Shown here piece after piece: positions 60,476 through 64,000 of a stretch of DNA of 64,000 nt (position 1 is the first letter of the stretch; each line of letters starts with the position of its first letter). Origin of the DNA: Acidobacteriota bacterium (lineage in GTDB: Bacteria > Acidobacteriota > UBA6911 > RPQK01 > JAJDTT01); assembly GCA_965263035.1 (NCBI GenBank), contig OZ253580.1, positions 960,001 to 1,024,000 of the forward strand. Reading direction: 5' to 3'. Made by a program: the position numbers and the translations under genes. The notes beneath the pieces were generated by a model. That model worked only from the letters and a program-made list of their open reading frames with translations, was not told where the DNA came from and did no database searches.

Positions 60476-61900
60476 TCAAGTGGGTCCGCCTATGGGTAGG
60501 AGTTCGACGCCTTCTCCCTCCTCGGGTTTCTTGATGCGAAACCGGACCGAAGTCACTTCGGCTCCATGGGGGCCGAATTTGTTCTTGAAGCCTTCCCGCT
60601 GGCCGACCATGAAGATGGAACCGTCCTCCACAACGCAGGCGCTGGGGTAGTAGGACTTGGGATCACACTTGAATCCGCGTCCCGGCGCCGGTTTCACCCA
60701 GGTCTTCCCATTGTCTCGGCTGTAGATCACTTCTCCGTTGTTCGGCACCTGAGGATCGTCGCTGCTGAGTTTGTGCCGGCCCCCAAAGACCACGACCGAT
60801 ACGCCGTCGGGTGTCACCACCAGTTCACCCCTCCGGTACAACTTGGGGCCGCGATACTCGCTTCCAAAGTTGGGATCCTCGATGATGGGGTCTGTCAGGA
60901 GCAGACGCGGCGGCGACCAAGTGCGCCCGTCGTCGTAGGACTGAAACCAGGCCGACGTCGGTCGGCAGGGGAAGGCCAGGCTGCCGTCCGGCAAGTAGGC
61001 GGCCGTGCCCTCATCCGCATCCCAGTCATTGCTGCCAACTACCGACACGGTAGACCAGGTGAGGCCCTTATCCTCAGAGCGCATGAGAACCATGAACCAG
61101 CGAGGATCTTCGGTGGGCCATCCTTTGCCCCCGGGAATGCATGAGCCGGCGGCGAATAGCAGCAGCGCGCCGTCCTTACCCTCGAACATGCTGTAGGGGG
61201 CGTCCATATCGAAGGGTCCCACGAACTGCGTCACCTCCTTCCAGGTGTGGCCATCGTCGTCGCTTCGAAAGATCAGGGTCTTGGACTGCCGGTTGGCCAT
61301 GATCCGGGCGAACTCAAGGGGCGTCGCGGGCATCCGGTTCCAGTAGCCCCAATGGGGTTTCAGCCGGACTCCCGCAATCATCGTTCCGTCACTCAACTGC
61401 ACCACGTCACCGACGTAGTAGGCGCCAGGCACCATCGGAAACGAGCGGGGCCGGCTCCAGGTCTTCCCCTGGTCCCGGCTGCGGATCCACATCATCCTTC
61501 CGCCCTCCGGCGCTTCCCATTCCAAGAGCCATTCTCGATCCGACCGTCTCAAGCGCTCCCAGGCCTCAGGAGGCATGTCCCAGGGGGTGGGCCAGGAAGC
61601 GTGCCAATATCCGGCTGAGAAGGTCACGAACAGGTCCCCATTCTGCAGCCTGCACACCGTCGGCCACCCGCAGTAACCGCCAAACCCGCGGAAGGGCTCC
61701 GGCGGGTTGACGTCGGGGGAGACGATGATCTTTCGATACTTCTCGAAATCCACTCGGGGCCCATCACCCGTGATCAGTGCCTCAACCGGTGGAATGGAAG
61801 CCGCGGCGGACTTCTTCTCGCCGGCTCTGACAAGACTGGTGGTCGCCAAAGCGGTTGCTGAAGCGGACAGATATTGCCGGCGGGTCAATTGGACAGCCAT
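60476..61900 (-). CDS. Tat-exported Asp-box sialidase-like beta-propeller
   Basis: LTRRQYL Tat signal; SRDQGKTW, SDDDGHTW, SEDKGLTW, SYDDGRTW, SRDNGKTW. Confidence 0.85.
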   Translation of the reverse strand: MAVQLTRRQYLSASATALATTSLVRAGEKKSAAASIPPVEALITGDGPRVDFEKYRKIIVSPDVNPPEPFRGFGGYCGWPTVCRLQNGDLFVTFSAGYWHASWPTPWDMPPEAWERLRRSDREWLLEWEAPEGGRMMWIRSRDQGKTWSRPRSFPMVPGAYYVGDVVQLSDGTMIAGVRLKPHWGYWNRMPATPLEFARIMANRQSKTLIFRSDDDGHTWKEVTQFVGPFDMDAPYSMFEGKDGALLLFAAGSCIPGGKGWPTEDPRWFMVLMRSEDKGLTWSTVSVVGSNDWDADEGTAAYLPDGSLAFPCRPTSAWFQSYDDGRTWSPPRLLLTDPIIEDPNFGSEYRGPKLYRRGELVVTPDGVSVVVFGGRHKLSSDDPQVPNNGEVIYSRDNGKTWVKPAPGRGFKCDPKSYYPSACVVEDGSIFMVGQREGFKNKFGPHGAEVTSVRFRIKKPEEGEGVELLPIGGPT

Positions 61901-62419
61901 CTCTTAGCCTCCTCGTGGTGCCGATTTGAAACAAAAGGACCCAGCCCGATTCATTCCTAGGGTGGGCTTAAGATCTTTATAACATATAAGATTCCCCTTG
62001 CCGATCCACCGCCTCCACGACCTCCGAACCGTAGATCCGTCGCCGTCCTCCCCACCACTGCCCTCGAACGTCTCCCTGCAGTACCACCCCGGATCTGATC
62101 CTCACTTGCCGCCCTGGCTGGCGAAGCTGCCAAGCCCATAGTGGCGACGGCAGTTCGTCGGCTCCACGAACCCGTCCAGAATTCTCCCCAATTGTTACTT
62201 GAGTCAACGAATCCGTTTCAGGACGATTCCATGAGAGTCAACTCGCTGATAGCATTGAGAGCTATCGCAACCTGACTCACGGCCGGATTCGGCGAGGTTA
62301 CCGCGACAAGGATGTTGCCATAGTTCCGGGGGGCAACCCTCTCCGAGTGATCGGTGAGGTTCGGGAACAATATTTGACAATTTCCAGGAAGCCGAGGTGG
62401 CGAGCAATGAGGAGGATCC

Positions 62420-64000
62420 GTGTCTATCGACGGTCTGACTGACAGGACTGAAGCGGGGAACGAGCTTCGTTCCCTCCGGCCGGTCGTCATGGGGACCGAG
62501 CACATGGTCGTAGCCGGGCACTATCTGGCAGCACAGGCCGGAATGCAGATCTTGGAGGAGGGAGGCAACGCGGTTGACGCGGGTGTGGCTGCAGGCATCG
62601 TTCTCGGTGTCGTGCAGAGTGACCTCGTAAGCGTCGCCGGCGTCGCCCCTATTATTCTGTTCCTGGCTGACCAGCGGGAGGTGGTGACCATCAGCGGTCT
62701 CGGCGTTTGGCCCCAGGCCGCCAGCGTGGACCTGTTTCGGAGGGAGTACGGGGGACGAATCCCGGAAGGGCTGTTGCGCACGGTCGTGCCAGCCGCCCCG
62801 GACGCCTGGATTACGGCGCTGGAGAGGTACGGGCGCATGAGTTTTGGGCAGGTGGCCCGGTCAGCCATCCGGTTCGCTTCCCATGGTTTCCCAATGCACT
62901 CGTTCATGAGCAACCGGATTAGCGAAGCGGCGGAGGACTACCGGCGTTGGGAGAGCAGCGCCCAGGTATTTCTCCCTGACGGCCGTCCCCCAAAACCTGG
63001 AGAAATATTTATCCAGAGCGATTTAGGATCCGTTCTCCAGTATATGGTTGAGGAGGAACGGAGCGCATCACGCCGTGGACGGCAGGCAGGATTGCAAGCG
63101 GCACGAAATGCCTTTTACAGGGGAGACATAGCGGCAAGAATCATCCAATACCACCACGAGAATGGTGGACTCCTCTCCGCTCAGGACCTTTCCGACTTTC
63201 GGGTGAGAATCGAGCCGCCCGAGCGAATCAGCTTCCAAGACACTGAGATCTATGCTTGTGGACCATGGTGTCAGGGTCCGACTCTGCTCCAGACCCTCGG
63301 GCTGCTGGAAGCCTATGACCTGAAGTCATTGGGGCACAATTCGGCGTCGTATGTGCACACTTTGACCGAGGCCCTCAAATTGGCATTCGCTGACCGTGAA
63401 CAATTTTACGGTGATCCCCGTCATGTCAAAGTGCCCATGGCCGGACTCCTTTCGAAGCGTAACGCCAACCAACGGAAGGGGCTCATCAACCCACACCAAG
63501 CGTGGGTAGAGATGCCCCCGCCCAGCCGACTGGGCCCGGCCGGTGAGCCGCCACACGGTTCGTCCCTGGGACTGGGGAACTCTTCCGGCGAAGCTGGAAA
63601 TCCAAAGCGGCCTGGCTGGGACACGAGCTACGTCTGCGTCGTTGATCGCGATGGAAACGCCTTTTCGGCCACTCCGAGCGACGTGTCCTACGACACACCG
63701 ATCATTCCGGGAACCGGCTTGGCGGTCTCTTCGCGCGGCTCGCAGTCGCGTGTGGACCCGAGTCACCCGGCTTGTCTCGCTCCCGGGAAAAGACCGCGCC
63801 TGACGCCCAACCCCGCCTTGGCATTGCGGAACGGCGACCTTTTCATGCCATTTGGTACGCCGGGCGGGGATGTGCAGCCACAGGCCATGCTTCAGGTCTT
63901 CCTCAATGTTCTCATTTTCGGCATGGATCCCCAGCAGGCGGTCGAAGCGCCCCGTTTTGCTTCCTACAGTTTTCCCAGCTCTTTCGCTCCACATTCCTGT
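62420..64000 (+). CDS. Gamma-glutamyltransferase-family (Ntn) amidohydrolase, runs off the window end; not in the ORF track
   Basis: Hand translation from GTG 62420 after GAGGAGG: RPVVMG...GHYLAAQAG...GGNAVDAGVA...AFADREQFYGDP...GDTSYVCVVDRDGN...PGKRPRLTPNP...GTPGGDVQPQ. Confidence 0.88.
   Translation, partial: MSIDGLTDRTEAGNELRSLRPVVMGTEHMVVAGHYLAAQAGMQILEEGGNAVDAGVAAGIVLGVVQSDLVSVAGVAPIILFLADQREVVTISGLGVWPQAASVDLFRREYGGRIPEGLLRTVVPAAPDAWITALERYGRMSFGQVARSAIRFASHGFPMHSFMSNRISEAAEDYRRWESSAQVFLPDGRPPKPGEIFIQSDLGSVLQYMVEEERSASRRGRQAGLQAARNAFYRGDIAARIIQYHHENGGLLSAQDLSDFRVRIEPPERISFQDTEIYACGPWCQGPTLLQTLGLLEAYDLKSLGHNSASYVHTLTEALKLAFADREQFYGDPRHVKVPMAGLLSKRNANQRKGLINPHQAWVEMPPPSRLGPAGEPPHGSSLGLGNSSGEAGNPKRPGWDTSYVCVVDRDGNAFSATPSDVSYDTPIIPGTGLAVSSRGSQSRVDPSHPACLAPGKRPRLTPNPALALRNGDLFMPFGTPGGDVQPQAMLQVFLNVLIFGMDPQQAVEAPRFASYSFPSSFAPHSC

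Noticed and set aside
61957-62400. Short minus-strand ORFs between divergent genes
   Set aside because: More likely a promoter region or remnant; no evidence of coding.
1-64000. CRISPR arrays, tRNA, rRNA, tmRNA, RNase P RNA
   Set aside because: No regularly spaced direct repeats or diagnostic RNA motifs were seen by eye; a covariance-model scan is needed to exclude them fully.

Overview
A GC-rich bacterial accessory region. The GWxTD protein, CRTAC1(ASPIC/UnbV)+TPR genes and Oar-like TonB-dependent receptor point to an Acidobacteria-like host (inference). Three layers are visible. (1) A putative glycan-foraging island: about 10 Asp-box (sialidase-like) beta-propeller loci (7 intact, 3 pseudogenes), 3 paralogous Tat-exported DUF187/GHL10-like TIM-barrel proteins, 3 paralogues of an unrecognised secreted family (motif SPWYFDDNHG), a TonB-dependent receptor, an HpcH aldolase, an aldehyde dehydrogenase and two GGT-family amidohydrolases. 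(2) A nested mobile-element hotspot at 12.9-31.2 kb. It holds three divergent IS1595-family elements that share the layout transposase - variable cargo - small conserved 'SYQP' ORF - terminal inverted repeat (TIR), two IS1380 copies (one inside an IS1595 cargo gene, one with a group II intron in its TIR) and an IS630 inside an IS1634 inside a propeller pseudogene. (3) Widespread erosion by internal deletions and frameshifts. No rRNA, tRNA or CRISPR array was seen. All family calls come from motif recognition by eye; no searches were run.
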